DNA from: an uncultured delta proteobacterium
Lineage (GTDB): Bacteria; Myxococcota_A; Polyangia; Polyangiales; JAFGIB01
Direction: 5' to 3'
DNA length: 64,000 nucleotides
NCBI GenBank assembly: GCA_963778655.1
Contig: CAVZVA010000003.1
Coordinates: forward strand, 736,001-800,000
Positions within the stretch are counted from its first letter, which is position 1. Every line of letters begins with the position of its first letter. Of this stretch, positions 38,510 to 49,778 are shown one piece after another. Below the pieces are notes generated by a model. The model was given only the letters and a program-made list of their open reading frames with translations, had not been told where the DNA came from and did not search any database. A program made the position numbers and the translations under genes.

Positions 38510-39160
38510 ATGTGCCGCGTTGCGTTCACCGGGGGACCGGCAGCCGGCAAGACCGCGATCCTGGAGGTGCTGCGGCGCCAGCTGCGCGACAAGGTCGCGG
38601 TGCTTCCGGAGTCGGCCACCACTTTGTTCGCGGGCGGCTTCCCGCGCCCGACCGACGACGCGGGCAAGCGTCTGGTGCAACAAGCCGTGTTCACGGTGCA
38701 GCGCTCGCTCGAGGGCATCTTCGCGATCGAGCAGCCCGACCGGCCGCACATCTGCGATCGCGGCGGGCTGGACGGCGCCGCCTATTGGCCCGGCGGGCTG
38801 TCGCGCTTTCTGGGCGCGATGGGCACCACGCTCGAGAGCGAATACCGCCGCTACGACGCGGTGATCTTCCTGGAGAGCTCGGCGTACGACCCCAAGATCT
38901 ATCCGCCCGAGAACCCGCACCGGATCGAGACCCCGGCTCAGGCGCGGCGCCTCGATCGCGCGTTGCACCAGATCTGGCAGGACCACCCGCGCTTCTACTT
39001 CGTCGGACACGAGGTGCGCTTCTACGAGAAGGTCGCGGCCTGCCTGCTCGCGCTCGCCGACGTGCTCGATCTCGGCAACCACACCGTGCCGGTAGCTGGG
39101 ATGGAGCCGGCCCGGGCGCTGACGCGCCCAAAGCCGCGCGCCTCGCGATCGGGCCGCTAG
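38510..39160 (+). CDS. P-loop ATPase/kinase (AAA_28/NadR-like)
   Basis: VAFTGGPAAGKT, ICDRGGLDG, YDAVIFLES. Confidence 0.85.
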   Translation: MCRVAFTGGPAAGKTAILEVLRRQLRDKVAVLPESATTLFAGGFPRPTDDAGKRLVQQAVFTVQRSLEGIFAIEQPDRPHICDRGGLDGAAYWPGGLSRFLGAMGTTLESEYRRYDAVIFLESSAYDPKIYPPENPHRIETPAQARRLDRALHQIWQDHPRFYFVGHEVRFYEKVAACLLALADVLDLGNHTVPVAGMEPARALTRPKPRASRSGR

Positions 39161-39162
39161 AA

Positions 39163-40155
39163 TCAGGACCCGCTGCGCGCCGCCGCGATCAACGCCTTGG
39201 CCGCGCGCACGCTGCGCGCCAGCGCCGGTCCGTCGGTGGGCTCGCGCTGGCGACGCAGCAGCTGCGCCAGAGCGTCGATCATCTCGGTCGCGCGCTGGTA
39301 ACGCTCGCGCGGTTGGCGCGCGAGCGCACGGGCCACTATCTCCGCCAGCTCCTCGGGCAGCTCCGGGCGCACCTCCTCGACCCTTGCCACCCGACCCTCC
39401 AGGATGCGCAGCGCGACCTCGACGTCGGTCCGCGCCTCACCGCCGAACAGGCGCCGCGCGGCCAGCGCCTCCCATAGCACCACGCCCACGCTGTACAGGT
39501 CGCAGCGCGGATCGGGCCTCTGGTTGTCGAGCAGCTCCGGCGCCAGGTACGCGACCTTGCCCTTGACCGTGCCGGGGTCGGTGGTGCGCGGCCGGTCCAT
39601 CGCGCGCGCGAGCCCGAAGTCCATCAGCTTCACCGAGCCGTTGATCCCGACCAGGATGTTGGAGGGGGTGACATCGCGATCGATCACCGGCACCGGCCGC
39701 TCGCTGGCGTCGGTGCGCTGGTGGGCGGCCGAGAGCGCGCGCAGCACCTCGATGCAGATGGCCGCAGCAAGCGGCCACGGCGGAAAGGCGCCGGCGCGCG
39801 CGAACGCCTTCACGTAGTCCGCGAGGCTCAGGCCCTCGACCCACTCCATGACGATGAAGTAGCCGCCCTGATGGTCGCGCCCGAAATCATGGATCTGCAC
39901 GATGTTGGGGTGGTTGAGGTCGGCGACCACGCGAGCCTCCTCGACGAACATCGCCTCGAAGCGCTCGTCTTGGGTCAGCTCCGTCAACACGCGCTTGATC
40001 GCGACCTTGCGCCGAAAGCCGGCTTCCCCGTGGGTGTAGCCCAGCCACACGCTCGCCATGCCGCCGCGACCGACCGGCTCGACGGCCTCGTACTTGCCGC
40101 CGAGCAGCGCCGACGGCATCGGCGTGTAGCGCGGCGCGTCGCGATCAGCGCTCAT
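39163..40155 (-). CDS. Hanks-type Ser/Thr protein kinase (DRD instead of HRD)
   Basis: GRGGMA, VAIK, IDRDVTPSN, DFG, YLAPE. Confidence 0.93.
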   Translation of the reverse strand: MSADRDAPRYTPMPSALLGGKYEAVEPVGRGGMASVWLGYTHGEAGFRRKVAIKRVLTELTQDERFEAMFVEEARVVADLNHPNIVQIHDFGRDHQGGYFIVMEWVEGLSLADYVKAFARAGAFPPWPLAAAICIEVLRALSAAHQRTDASERPVPVIDRDVTPSNILVGINGSVKLMDFGLARAMDRPRTTDPGTVKGKVAYLAPELLDNQRPDPRCDLYSVGVVLWEALAARRLFGGEARTDVEVALRILEGRVARVEEVRPELPEELAEIVARALARQPRERYQRATEMIDALAQLLRRQREPTDGPALARSVRAAKALIAAARSGS

Positions 40156-40267
40156 GCGCCGCAAGCATAGCCGATCTGCCGAGGTCCGCTCGTTGCGGGG
40201 CCCCGACAGCTTGGCTACGGACCCTGCGGGTCCTGGGGCGGGAGGGTCGCGTGACCCTACAGACAGC

Positions 40268-41356
40268 TCAACGGCCGAACATGCCGGAGCCGCCCGTCTG
40301 ACAGACCTTGCAGGCCGGATCGTTAGGTGTGTTCTGGCAGCTGGGCGGACAGTAGTTGGTGCGGTGAAACACGTACGGATTGCCCATCCCGTCGTCGATC
40401 GTATCGCACTCGGCGCTCTTGCCGACCACGGTCATCTCGCCGTAGCCGCCGCTCTGGTCGAACTTGGCGGCGCAGGCCGTATTGCTCGAGCTCCAGGCCG
40501 GCAAGTCGGCGAGCTTCTGATCGGTGCCGGCCTGCGGGTACCACACGTCCTGGCAGCTCTGCATGATCACACAGTCGTCGGGCTTGGGGTTGTTCACGTC
40601 GCCAGCCTTGATCGTGTAGCAAAGCTTGAACTGCCCGCCGCAATCGACGTTGAGCGTGTCGTCGGTCCAGCTTCCGGGCGGCGCCGGCGGCGGCTCCGGC
40701 ACGTTGACGCCGCAGTCGATCTTGCCGTCGCTGGTGAGCTTGCTCGAGTACAGATAGGTGGACGAGCCGCGGAAGATGCAGGGCGCGAGGTTGGTCAGGT
40801 TCCACGTTCCCGAGGAGAAGCAGCCGCAGGCCTCCGACCCCGAGGTCGCCGCGGGGTTGGGCAACACGTAGCCCTCGCACTTGCCCCAGCGCAGCCCGAA
40901 CTCGAGCGTGGATTCGCAGGTGGTCGTGCCGTCCTTGCAGATGCCGTGATTGCGGTTGACGCGTTTGCCCGGCCAGCAGCTCGCGGTCATGTCCTTCTGA
41001 GGACAGGGGCAGCCTTCTCGGTTCTTGTCGTCGGGACAGTCCGGCGTCCCGCCCGGCGGCGGCACCGAGGTCATCTGACCGTCCTGCCCGCACATCGGCG
41101 GCGGCGGATCGTTGACGAAGAACGCGTCCGCGGTGACCTCCGCATCCCTGGGCAGCACCACGTGCGAGGCGTCGGCCAGCTTCGAAGGATCGGCGTTGCC
41201 GAACAACCCGCTGTCCTTGCCCCCGCCCGCGAGCGCGCTGCCGTCGGCGGAGGTGACCGCGCCGTCCGCGCCGATGCCGGGATCCTTGCCGACGGAATGG
41301 GCGCACCCCAGCAGGCCAGCCAATATGCAAAACTGCCCCCGATTTAACCAAGTCAC
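40268..41356 (-). CDS. Cys-rich lipoprotein
   Basis: Lipobox LLGC; many Cys; GICKDG.TTC repeat type. Confidence 0.8.
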   Translation of the reverse strand: MTWLNRGQFCILAGLLGCAHSVGKDPGIGADGAVTSADGSALAGGGKDSGLFGNADPSKLADASHVVLPRDAEVTADAFFVNDPPPPMCGQDGQMTSVPPPGGTPDCPDDKNREGCPCPQKDMTASCWPGKRVNRNHGICKDGTTTCESTLEFGLRWGKCEGYVLPNPAATSGSEACGCFSSGTWNLTNLAPCIFRGSSTYLYSSKLTSDGKIDCGVNVPEPPPAPPGSWTDDTLNVDCGGQFKLCYTIKAGDVNNPKPDDCVIMQSCQDVWYPQAGTDQKLADLPAWSSSNTACAAKFDQSGGYGEMTVVGKSAECDTIDDGMGNPYVFHRTNYCPPSCQNTPNDPACKVCQTGGSGMFGR

Positions 41357-41497
41357 GCGTCCCACAGTCACCTCGACATCCCTGACTATCAAGCGCTGGC
41401 CCTAGGCAATCTAGCTGACGCACCCGCGCCCGTCACTATGCAGGCGTTTGCGGGATGCAGGCGTTTGCAGGGGCCCACGGGCGGGAAAACGCGGAAA

Positions 41498-42373
41498 TCA
41501 TCCGTCCTGCTTCCGGACGGCTTCCACGCACAGGTTCTCGAGCACCCCCAGGTTCTCGATCTCGCTTCGCACGCGCTCGCCGGGCAGCAGAAACCGCGGC
41601 GGCCGCCGCCCCGCCCCGACCCCGGACGGGGTGCCGGTGAAGATCAGATCGCCGGCGCGCAGCTCACAGTAGCGGGACAGGTAGGCGATTAGCTCCGGCA
41701 CGGGAAACACCATGTCCGCCGTGCAACCCTCCTGCATCCGCTCGCCGTCCACCTCGCAGGTCAGCCGCAGATTGCCCGGCTCGGGCACGGACTCGGCCGC
41801 CACCAGCGCCGGCCCGATCGGCCCGAAGCACTCGCCGGACTTGGCGAGCGAGAACTGCGGCGGGTTGTCGGCACGCTGCCGCTGCCGGTCGGAGATGTCC
41901 TGGCCCACGCAGTATCCGGCCACGTGCTCGAGCGCGCGCTCGGCGGCGATCGCGCGCCCGCCGCGCCCGATCGCCACGCACAGCTCGACCTCCCAGTCGA
42001 CGAATGCGGAGCCGATCGGCACCTGGGCACGCGGTCCACACAAGCAGCTCTGAAACTTGGTGAAGACCATCGGCTCCTTGGGCAGGGGCGCGCCGGTCTC
42101 GCGCGCGTGCGCCCGATAGTTGAGGCCGATCGCAAACAGCTGCGACGGCGCCGGCACGCAGGCCGCAAGCCGCTCTGGCTCGAGCACGGCACAGCTCTCG
42201 TCGGCGCGCTGCTCCCGCGCCCACTCGCAGAACGACTCCCACACCGCCAGCACCTCCATCGGCGCGCTCGAAAAGCGCCGCCCCGAGCGCCGCTCGACGT
42301 CGATCAATCTTCCGTCGGCGATCAACTGCGCGCGACCTTGGAGATTGGCGAGCTCGATTCGTGCCGACGTCAT
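41498..42373 (-). CDS. Fumarylacetoacetate hydrolase family protein
   Basis: IGLNYRAH, DWEVEL, QDISDR, FTGTPSGVG. Confidence 0.95.
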   Translation of the reverse strand: MTSARIELANLQGRAQLIADGRLIDVERRSGRRFSSAPMEVLAVWESFCEWAREQRADESCAVLEPERLAACVPAPSQLFAIGLNYRAHARETGAPLPKEPMVFTKFQSCLCGPRAQVPIGSAFVDWEVELCVAIGRGGRAIAAERALEHVAGYCVGQDISDRQRQRADNPPQFSLAKSGECFGPIGPALVAAESVPEPGNLRLTCEVDGERMQEGCTADMVFPVPELIAYLSRYCELRAGDLIFTGTPSGVGAGRRPPRFLLPGERVRSEIENLGVLENLCVEAVRKQDG

Positions 42374-42423
42374 GGTCTTTGCCTCCTACGCCCTCGCGGC
42401 GGCGCGCTGCTTGGCGGTCGCGG

Positions 42424-43797
42424 TCATGGTGCCGTACCCGGACCAGCTCGCAAAGGGGCGCCTGCGGGCGGCTGCGCGTGGGCACAAAGGGCCCCGATCA
42501 GCGCCAGCGCCCGATCGCGCTCGCAGCGCGCGGCCAGCCGCCTGCGCCCGGGCATGGCCGCGCCGCGCAGCCCGGCGGCCAGAGCCGCGGGCGCGGCGCC
42601 GTGGGTGACCATCAGCTCGAGCAGCAAGGCGCGCAGATTGCGGCGGTACAGCAGGGCATCGAGCGCGCGCCGCAGCGCCCACAGCACAACGACGGCCGGC
42701 GGCCCCGCCAGCAAGCCGGTCACGCCGATCCGCCACAACGCGGCCGCGAACGCGGCGGCCGCCAGCACGCGCGCTCCGAGCCACACGCGCTGCAGCGGAT
42801 CGCCCCAAACCGCCCGCGCGCCACCCGCCAGCGGCGCCTGCAGCGCCTGCGGCGCGCACGGCGGCGGCCCGCACAGCTCGTCGAAGGCGCGGCCGAGCGT
42901 GCCTTGCAGCCAGGCCGACAGCGGCGGCGACACCCTCACGACCTCGTCCGCGCAGCGCAGGTAGTCGCGCGGCCGCGCGCGCAAGTCCGCCTGCAGCTCG
43001 GCGTACACCCGGCGCCCGCTTGCGCGGCTCAGCAGCCAGGCGCCGCGCAGGGCGCGCTCCAGCGGCGGCGGCCAGCTCTGCTCGCGGCACGCCTCGTCCC
43101 AGCCGACCTGCAGCCGGTAGGCGTCACACAGCAAGGCAAACGGCTCGGGGCCAGCCAGCCCCTGCGCGCTCGGCGGCCCGGCCGAAGCCAGCGGAACGCC
43201 GTAGCGCGGCGCCAGCACCAGCACGCGCGCCGGATAGCGCCACACCACCGCCGCCATCACCGCCAGCGCCACGCGCTGCAGCTCGGGGTCCTGCTGCGCG
43301 CCGCGGTGCAGGGCGGGATCCTCGATCTCCGCGAGCGCGCCGGCCGGCTCGAGCAGCAGCTGCTGCTCGAGGCGCAGGCACAACAGCTCGCGGGCCGCCC
43401 TGCGATCGGGTTGCTGCTCGAGCACGGCCCAACCGATCTGCAGCCGCGCCAGATACGCGCGCAGCGCCGAAACGGGCAGCAGCCCGGGCAGCCGCCCCGC
43501 GACCGGTACGCCGGCCGAGAGCGCACGCGTGAGCCACGCCTGCCACGCCTCGCCGCCGGGCGCCGCGCTGCGCTCCACGCGGATCGCGTCCAGAAACAGC
43601 CCGGCCTCGCGCTCACCCGCCGCCACGCGCTTGGCCAGCAGCACGCGCGCGCGCTCGAAGTTGCCCTGCTCGACCAGCACCCCGATCTGTCGCTCCGCGA
43701 AGTCCTCTGCCCGCGGCTCGGGCGGCGCCTCGCTCCACGCCAGCTCCGGCTCGAACACCCGCGAGCTTGTCTCCAGCGGCCGCTGCTCCAGGCGCAT
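42424..43797 (-). CDS. Hypothetical helical protein with C-terminal TM segments
   Basis: ORF between ParB-like and FAH genes on the same strand; start inferred. Confidence 0.6.
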   Translation of the reverse strand: MRLEQRPLETSSRVFEPELAWSEAPPEPRAEDFAERQIGVLVEQGNFERARVLLAKRVAAGEREAGLFLDAIRVERSAAPGGEAWQAWLTRALSAGVPVAGRLPGLLPVSALRAYLARLQIGWAVLEQQPDRRAARELLCLRLEQQLLLEPAGALAEIEDPALHRGAQQDPELQRVALAVMAAVVWRYPARVLVLAPRYGVPLASAGPPSAQGLAGPEPFALLCDAYRLQVGWDEACREQSWPPPLERALRGAWLLSRASGRRVYAELQADLRARPRDYLRCADEVVRVSPPLSAWLQGTLGRAFDELCGPPPCAPQALQAPLAGGARAVWGDPLQRVWLGARVLAAAAFAAALWRIGVTGLLAGPPAVVVLWALRRALDALLYRRNLRALLLELMVTHGAAPAALAAGLRGAAMPGRRRLAARCERDRALALIGALCAHAQPPAGAPLRAGPGTAP

Positions 43798-43804
43798 CCC
43801 CGGC

Positions 43805-44797
43805 TCAGTCTTCTTCGGGCGCCGCGCCGCCGCTGCGCGCCAGATCGGACGCCTGCACGCGTTCGAGCTTGAGCCCGCGCGCGCGCTTCTGCATCGTGTC
43901 CAGCAGCGCGTCGAAGCTCGGCAGCTCGCCCTTGATGAAGCGCAGCGGGTTGATGCGGGCGACCACGAAGCTGCGCAGGTAGGGGCTGTTGAGCCCGCGC
44001 GCCTTGAGCTTCTGCACCGCATCGGTCACGGCTTCGTCGAGCTCGAGCACGCGCCCGGCGCGCCGTTCCCGTTCCTGCAGTGCGGCGTGCAACGGCTGCT
44101 GCAGGAAGGCGTCCACCTTGCGCAGCGCCGGATGGTACGCACCGCCGGACAGCCGTCCCTTCTGCTGGTACGCGAAGCCCAGCGTGACCAGCGCCGGTTC
44201 CTCGAACTCCAGCTCGTAGTCGCTCTCCTTGCGCGCGGAGCCTGTCTGCGTCTCCAGGCCGGCGAGGTCGCGGTACATGCGCACCACCTCGAGCGCGCGC
44301 TCGCGCAGGTTGTGGGCCTTCTCGATGTTGAGCGCGAGGATCTGGTAGGCGACCTCGCGTTCCGGCACCAGCAGCGCCGTGATCGCGGAGGCGCCGAGCT
44401 CCTTCATGGCGACCAGGCGGTGGTGTCCGTTGGGCGTGAGGTATTGCCCGTCGTGGCGCACGGCGATGATCGGATCGAGAAAGCGCCGCGTCTTGTCCAT
44501 CGCCCGCATCAGCTTGCGCACATGCGCCTCGGACACGTCGCGCTGAAACGGCGTGGCCGCCACGCGCTCGATCGGCAGCGCCACCAACAACAGCGCGTGC
44601 CCGCCGAGCGGCTCGCGGTAAGCGCCGATCAGCGCGCCGCCGTCGCCCACCACCGTGTCCACGAGCGCGCGCAGCTCGGCGCCCAGCTCGCCGAGCGCTA
44701 TGGGCAGCGCGCTCGGCGCGACCTGCACCGGCTCGATCGACACCCGGCGTTTCTTCCGGGTCCCCTTTTTCTTCGGGGTTTTTCGCGCGGTCGCCAT
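43805..44797 (-). CDS. ParB/Srx N-terminal domain protein (orphan)
   Basis: PFQRD, LDPIIAV, PNGHHRL (GxxR), ILALN. Confidence 0.85.
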   Translation of the reverse strand: MATARKTPKKKGTRKKRRVSIEPVQVAPSALPIALGELGAELRALVDTVVGDGGALIGAYREPLGGHALLLVALPIERVAATPFQRDVSEAHVRKLMRAMDKTRRFLDPIIAVRHDGQYLTPNGHHRLVAMKELGASAITALLVPEREVAYQILALNIEKAHNLRERALEVVRMYRDLAGLETQTGSARKESDYELEFEEPALVTLGFAYQQKGRLSGGAYHPALRKVDAFLQQPLHAALQERERRAGRVLELDEAVTDAVQKLKARGLNSPYLRSFVVARINPLRFIKGELPSFDALLDTMQKRARGLKLERVQASDLARSGGAAPEED

Positions 44798-45177
44798 CGG
44801 GATCGCGGGTCAGGTTATATCGGGTCGCGGCGGCCCTGGATACGCGCCGCGAAGTGGGCCGCCGGGGCCAGGCCAAGGCTCGGTCCCGCGAGATCCCCGG
44901 CAGTTGCTACGGGGCCGAGCGCGGGCTGGCCGTCCCGGACCACCCCTTGCAGCGGCCGCGACAGCCGGCTGACAGCAGGCCCACCCGCCCGCACACGAGC
45001 GCGCGCCGCACACTTTGTGCTCACGCCCTCTTGTCGAATGTGCAAAGATGGTTCAGTGTCCCCATTTAGTCACATCGGGTCATGCCGCGCGGCTCGCATC
45101 GTTCGCGTGCCTGCGAGTCGCGCTCCGAACGTGACCGGCCCACATCCACTGCGAGCAGCTCACAGGACAGAGTCACC

Positions 45178-47067
45178 ATGAAAGTCGTATGTGACGCCTG
45201 CCAGGCGAAGTACCAGATCCCCGATGAACGCGTCGCTGGGCGCAAGCTCAAGATCCGCTGCCGCAAGTGCGGCGCCACCATCACGGTGCGAGGCGACCAC
45301 GACGTAGCGGGCGCGACCAGCTCGCCGCGTGAAGCCGCGCACGAGCAGACGCCGTGGCACGTGAGCCTGGACGGCGAGCAGCACGGCCCCTACGCCAGCG
45401 AACAGATGGCGAACATGCTGCGCGCAGGTCAGCTGCCGTGGGACGCGCACGTGTGGCGCGAGGGCTACAGCGACTGGAAGACTGCCGCGGAGTCCGACAC
45501 CCTGGTACGTGCGGTCGCTGTCGCGGGCGACGAAGCGCCCACCATGGCGGTGGCGCACCCGAGCGCTCCGCCGACCGATCCCAGCTACGCGCCCGCGTTC
45601 ACCGGCGAGGACACGCCCGCGCGCATGCTGCAGTCGAGCCCCTCGCTGGCCGAAACGCTGCAACCTTCGGCGCGCAGCGCCTTCGCCGCGCGCTCGGCGG
45701 CGCGCGCCAGCCAACCGCCCCACGCTTTCGCCGCCTCGCTGGGCTCGAGCCCCGCGCTCGAGCAAACGCACCCGAGCCAGCCGCCCGAAATGTACGCCCA
45801 GCAAGCCCGCGGCTTCGACTCGGCCCCCACGTTCTCGAGCGCGCGGCCGGTTCAGCTCACGGGCGAGCGCAACGAGGACTCGGTGTTGTTCTCGGCGCGC
45901 AGCCTGAGCATGCCTGGCGCCTCGGCGCCGCCCCAGCCACGCGGCGGCTTCGCCGGCGGTGAAGGCTCGGGGTTGATCGACATCCGCGCGCTCGCGGCGC
46001 TGGCGCGCGGCGGCGCGCAAGACGCGACCACGCCCGTACCGCTGCCGGGCAACGGGGGAAGCGGGCGTCCGCCGCGCGACGAGACGCTGGTGCTCGCCAG
46101 CCAGACCGGCGCTTTCGGCAACCTCGACAGCCTGGCGCCGATCGATCGCCCCTCGACGCGCCCCAACAAGGCGGTGCCGTTCGCGATCCTGGCCGGCTCG
46201 GGGATGATCGCGGTGGCCGCAGTGGCCGCGGTCTACCTGCTGCGCCCGCAGCCGGCACCGACGCGGGTGGCGGTGGCTGCGCCGGTCGCGCCGGTGGCGG
46301 AGCCGGCGGCGGCGCCACAGGCCGCGCTGCCGAGCGAGCCGGCGCCCGCAGCAACGGAGCCCGCGCCCCAAGCGCAGCAGCCGGCGGCCGCGCCCGAGGC
46401 GGAGCCGGAGCCTGCCGCGGAGCCCGTGCACGCGAGCAAGCCGGTCCGAGTCGCGAACGTCAGGCACGCGCGCGCCGCCGCCGCGGTGAGCGCGAAGGTC
46501 GCCAAAGCCAAGCCGGCGCCCAAGGACGCGCTCGAGGACGCGGTCGCCGACAACGCCAAGGTTGCGAAGAAGGAGCCGTCGCCATCGATCGACGATCTGC
46601 TCGGCGACAAGAAGCCGGCAGCCAAGGCCGAGCCGACCAAGAGCCCGGCTCCCGATCCGCTGGCCGACGACACGCCGCTGCCCAAGCCCAAGGAGCCCGC
46701 GCGCAGCCGCAGCATCGACGAGCTGCTCGACGACGCGGTGCCCGGCAAGAATGGCGCGGCCGCGCCCGAGGCGGCTGCCGCGAGCGCGGCGTTGCCGGAG
46801 GCGCCGACCCGCGATCAGGTGCTCGCGGCGATGCACGGCGTCGAGCCCGCGGTGCAGGCGTGCGCCGAAGGACAGACGCTGGAGGCGAGCAGCGCGACCG
46901 TGTCGATCACGGTCATCGGCTTCACCGGAAAGGTATCGAGCGTGCGCGTCAACGGCGTGGGCGGCTCGGTCGGCTCGTGCATTGCGCGCGCCGTGCGCGG
47001 TGCGGGTTTCCCCAAGTTCGCCAAGGCGAATTTCAGCATCAACTTCCCGTTCAAGCTCCAGAAGTAG
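45178..47067 (+). CDS. GltJ/AgmX-like protein: zinc ribbon + GYF_2 + TM + TonB_C-like domain
   Basis: MKVVCDAC...IRCRKC, WHV..GEQHGP...[28 protein letters not shown]-terminal GSCIARAV...FP. Confidence 0.85.
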   Translation: MKVVCDACQAKYQIPDERVAGRKLKIRCRKCGATITVRGDHDVAGATSSPREAAHEQTPWHVSLDGEQHGPYASEQMANMLRAGQLPWDAHVWREGYSDWKTAAESDTLVRAVAVAGDEAPTMAVAHPSAPPTDPSYAPAFTGEDTPARMLQSSPSLAETLQPSARSAFAARSAARASQPPHAFAASLGSSPALEQTHPSQPPEMYAQQARGFDSAPTFSSARPVQLTGERNEDSVLFSARSLSMPGASAPPQPRGGFAGGEGSGLIDIRALAALARGGAQDATTPVPLPGNGGSGRPPRDETLVLASQTGAFGNLDSLAPIDRPSTRPNKAVPFAILAGSGMIAVAAVAAVYLLRPQPAPTRVAVAAPVAPVAEPAAAPQAALPSEPAPAATEPAPQAQQPAAAPEAEPEPAAEPVHASKPVRVANVRHARAAAAVSAKVAKAKPAPKDALEDAVADNAKVAKKEPSPSIDDLLGDKKPAAKAEPTKSPAPDPLADDTPLPKPKEPARSRSIDELLDDAVPGKNGAAAPEAAAASAALPEAPTRDQVLAAMHGVEPAVQACAEGQTLEASSATVSITVIGFTGKVSSVRVNGVGGSVGSCIARAVRGAGFPKFAKANFSINFPFKLQK

Positions 47068-47153
47068 CGAGGCCGCGCCTCGCGGCCAGCGCGGGCGCGC
47101 CTCCTCTTGCACAACGCGCGGGAGCGGGGAAGAGTGGACGGGCTGCGAGCCTC

Positions 47154-47801
47154 ATGTTCACGCGCGCCAAGAACAAGCTGCCGACGCCCGAGACCGCGCT
47201 GCCCGGCCGCAGCGAGCGCATGCCGGCGAGCGCGCACCACTTCGTCAAGGGCAGCCCGATGCAGCCGCCCTGGCCCGGTGCCGAGCTCGCGATGTTCGCG
47301 ATGGGCTGCTTCTGGGGCGCGGAGCGCAAGCTGTGGCAGGCGCCGGGTGTGCTGAGCACACAGGTCGGCTACGCCGCGGGTCTGACGCCCAACCCCAGCT
47401 ACGAGGAAGTCTGCAGCGGCCTGACCGGGCACGCAGAGGTGGTACGGGTCGCGTTCGATCCCGAGCAGACGTCGTACGAGGCGCTGCTCAAGCTGTTCTG
47501 GGAGAATCACGATCCGACCCAGGGTATGCGCCAGGGCAACGACGTCGGCACGCAGTACCGTTCCGGCATCTACGTTTTCTCCGCAGCACAGCGCCGCGCG
47601 GCCGAGGCCAGCCGCGACGTATACCAGCGGCTGCTCTCGGCCCGGGGCCATGGCGCGATCACCACCGAGATCCGCGAAGCGCCCGAATTCTACTACGCCG
47701 AGGACTACCACCAGCAGTACCTGGCCAAGAACCCAGACGGCTACTGCGGCCTCGGCGGAACCGGCGTCAGCTGTCCCGTCGGCATCAGCGACCCGGCATG
47801 A
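47154..47801 (+). CDS. msrA: Peptide methionine sulfoxide reductase A
   Basis: [33 protein letters not shown]. Confidence 0.97.
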   Translation: MFTRAKNKLPTPETALPGRSERMPASAHHFVKGSPMQPPWPGAELAMFAMGCFWGAERKLWQAPGVLSTQVGYAAGLTPNPSYEEVCSGLTGHAEVVRVAFDPEQTSYEALLKLFWENHDPTQGMRQGNDVGTQYRSGIYVFSAAQRRAAEASRDVYQRLLSARGHGAITTEIREAPEFYYAEDYHQQYLAKNPDGYCGLGGTGVSCPVGISDPA

Positions 47802-48997
47802 GCGACGCGGCCACGCCAACGCACGCGGCCGAGCGGCCGCTCGAGGGTCTGCGCGTGCTCGATCTCTCGCGCGTGCTGGCCGGACCGTACGTCGGCCGCA
47901 TGCTGGCCGATCTCGGGGCCGACGTGGTCAAGCTCGAGCCGCCCGAGGGCGACGTGACGCGCAAGTGGGGCAAGCGGATCGCCGGCCTCTCCGGCTACTA
48001 CACTCAGCAGAACGTCGGCAAGCGCGGGCTGTGCGTGGACCTGCGTGCGCCGGGCGGGCCCGAGCTGGTGGCCCGATTGGCCGAGCGCGCCGATGTCCTG
48101 ATCGAGAACTTCCGACCGGGCGTGATGGAGCAGCACGGCCTCGACTTCGAGCGCCTGCACGGCCGCAACCCGCGGCTGGTGATGCTGTCGATCAGCGGCT
48201 TCGGTCAGCACGGCACGGAAGCCAAGCGCCCCGCCTACGCGTCGGTGGTGCACGCGGAGAGCGGGATCGTCGAGCGCCAGGCCGCGCTCACCTCCGCGCG
48301 GCCGGTCGATCCGCCGATCTCGGTTGCGGACATGAACGCGGCGCTGCACGGACTGGTCGGGCTGCTCAGCGCGCTGCTGCTGCGCGCGCGCAGCGGCCGC
48401 GGTCAGCACGTCGACATCAGCATGCTCGAGAGCATGCTGGCCACCGACGACTACGTGCACCTCGCGCTCGACGGCGTGCGCGCGCGCGAGGGGGTGGTAG
48501 TCAACGAGGTGTGGGACGTAGCGGGCGGTCCGATCGTGCTGGCCGGCGACTTCCGTTGGGTGTGGCAGCGCCTGCACGCGACCCACGGCTTGCAGGACAC
48601 CACACCGCGGGGCGCGTCGATCGAGGTCAAGGCGGCACACCGGCATGCCGTGGTGGGCGCGTTCCTGGGGCGCTTCGAGGATCGCGCCGAGCTACTGCGC
48701 GCGCTCTCGGACGCCGAGCTCGCCTTCGGCGAGGTCAAGCACACGAAGGACGCGCTGCGCTCGCCGGCGCTGCGCGCGCGCGGCGCGATCGCGCGGGTCG
48801 ACGATCGCGGCGGCGGCACGCGCGAGGTGATCCAGTCGCCCTACCGCTTCTCCGACGCGGACAGCGGCGTGCGCAGCGGCGCTCCCCATCGCGGCGAGCA
48901 CAACCGGGAGGTGCTGCGGCAATGGCTGACCGCCGGTGACGCCGAGCTCGACGCGCTGGAAGCCGCCGGCGTACTGATCGCAAAGACGCGCGAGTGA
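47798..48997 (+). CDS. CaiB/BaiF family III CoA-transferase
   Basis: [28 protein letters not shown]. Confidence 0.93.
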   Translation: MSDAATPTHAAERPLEGLRVLDLSRVLAGPYVGRMLADLGADVVKLEPPEGDVTRKWGKRIAGLSGYYTQQNVGKRGLCVDLRAPGGPELVARLAERADVLIENFRPGVMEQHGLDFERLHGRNPRLVMLSISGFGQHGTEAKRPAYASVVHAESGIVERQAALTSARPVDPPISVADMNAALHGLVGLLSALLLRARSGRGQHVDISMLESMLATDDYVHLALDGVRAREGVVVNEVWDVAGGPIVLAGDFRWVWQRLHATHGLQDTTPRGASIEVKAAHRHAVVGAFLGRFEDRAELLRALSDAELAFGEVKHTKDALRSPALRARGAIARVDDRGGGTREVIQSPYRFSDADSGVRSGAPHRGEHNREVLRQWLTAGDAELDALEAAGVLIAKTRE

Positions 48998-49035
48998 CCG
49001 ATCGGCATGGCCGTTGCCGACTCGTGATCGGTCAT

Positions 49036-49653
49036 TTAGAAATGTCCGCGCAAGCCCGGGCCGAAGGCGGTGGGGCCGCCGCGGACCGGCGCCACCGTCA
49101 GCGTGAGCTGCAGCCCCCGTGCCTGCTCGGCGCTGGCGGCGCGCCGCCGCCGGCTGCCTGCGCCCTCGATCACGCCGAACACCACACCCACGGCCGCGCC
49201 GGCCAGGGTACCGATCGAAAGCCCGATCAGCACGTCCTTGGCGTGGCCGGAGCCGGCCCAAAACAGCGCGCCCACCGCCGCACCGGTTAGCGTGCCGAGC
49301 ATCGAGGCGTAGCCCATGTCGCGCAGCACGAACCAACCGGTGCCGGGCGCGCCGTCGGCTGCATCGACCATTGCAAGCGCCAGCCCCGTCCCCACGCCGG
49401 CCACCGCACCGATCCCGGCCCCGAGCACCAGCTTGCGCCATTCCCGCGACTCGTAGCGCCGTCCAGTGGACAGATAGCCCACCGCCAACCCCAGCTCGGC
49501 CCCGGTCCAAAAGCCGCGAAACCCGTAGGACAGCAGCGAGACCGCGTCCGTGGTCGAGCGCGTTCGCTCCTGCGCCCGGCCCCGCGCAGGCGACCACAGC
49601 ACGGCGGCGAGCACGAGCAGCGGCAGCATACGGCGAAGCGCGGACACACCCAT
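49036..49653 (-). CDS. Hypothetical Gly-rich membrane/exported protein
   Basis: Signal peptide, Gly-zipper-like helices, ends GHF. Confidence 0.7.
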   Translation of the reverse strand: MGVSALRRMLPLLVLAAVLWSPARGRAQERTRSTTDAVSLLSYGFRGFWTGAELGLAVGYLSTGRRYESREWRKLVLGAGIGAVAGVGTGLALAMVDAADGAPGTGWFVLRDMGYASMLGTLTGAAVGALFWAGSGHAKDVLIGLSIGTLAGAAVGVVFGVIEGAGSRRRRAASAEQARGLQLTLTVAPVRGGPTAFGPGLRGHF

Positions 49654-49778
49654 CGTCAGATCCTCAGTGTGGAGGAATGGGGGGCATCATGCCACTCGCG
49701 TTCACCACAGTGCGTGGTGCGAGCCAAAAGCGCCCGCGATTTGCACTTTGGCGGCGCGCCCGTCAAGCTCCGGCGCAG

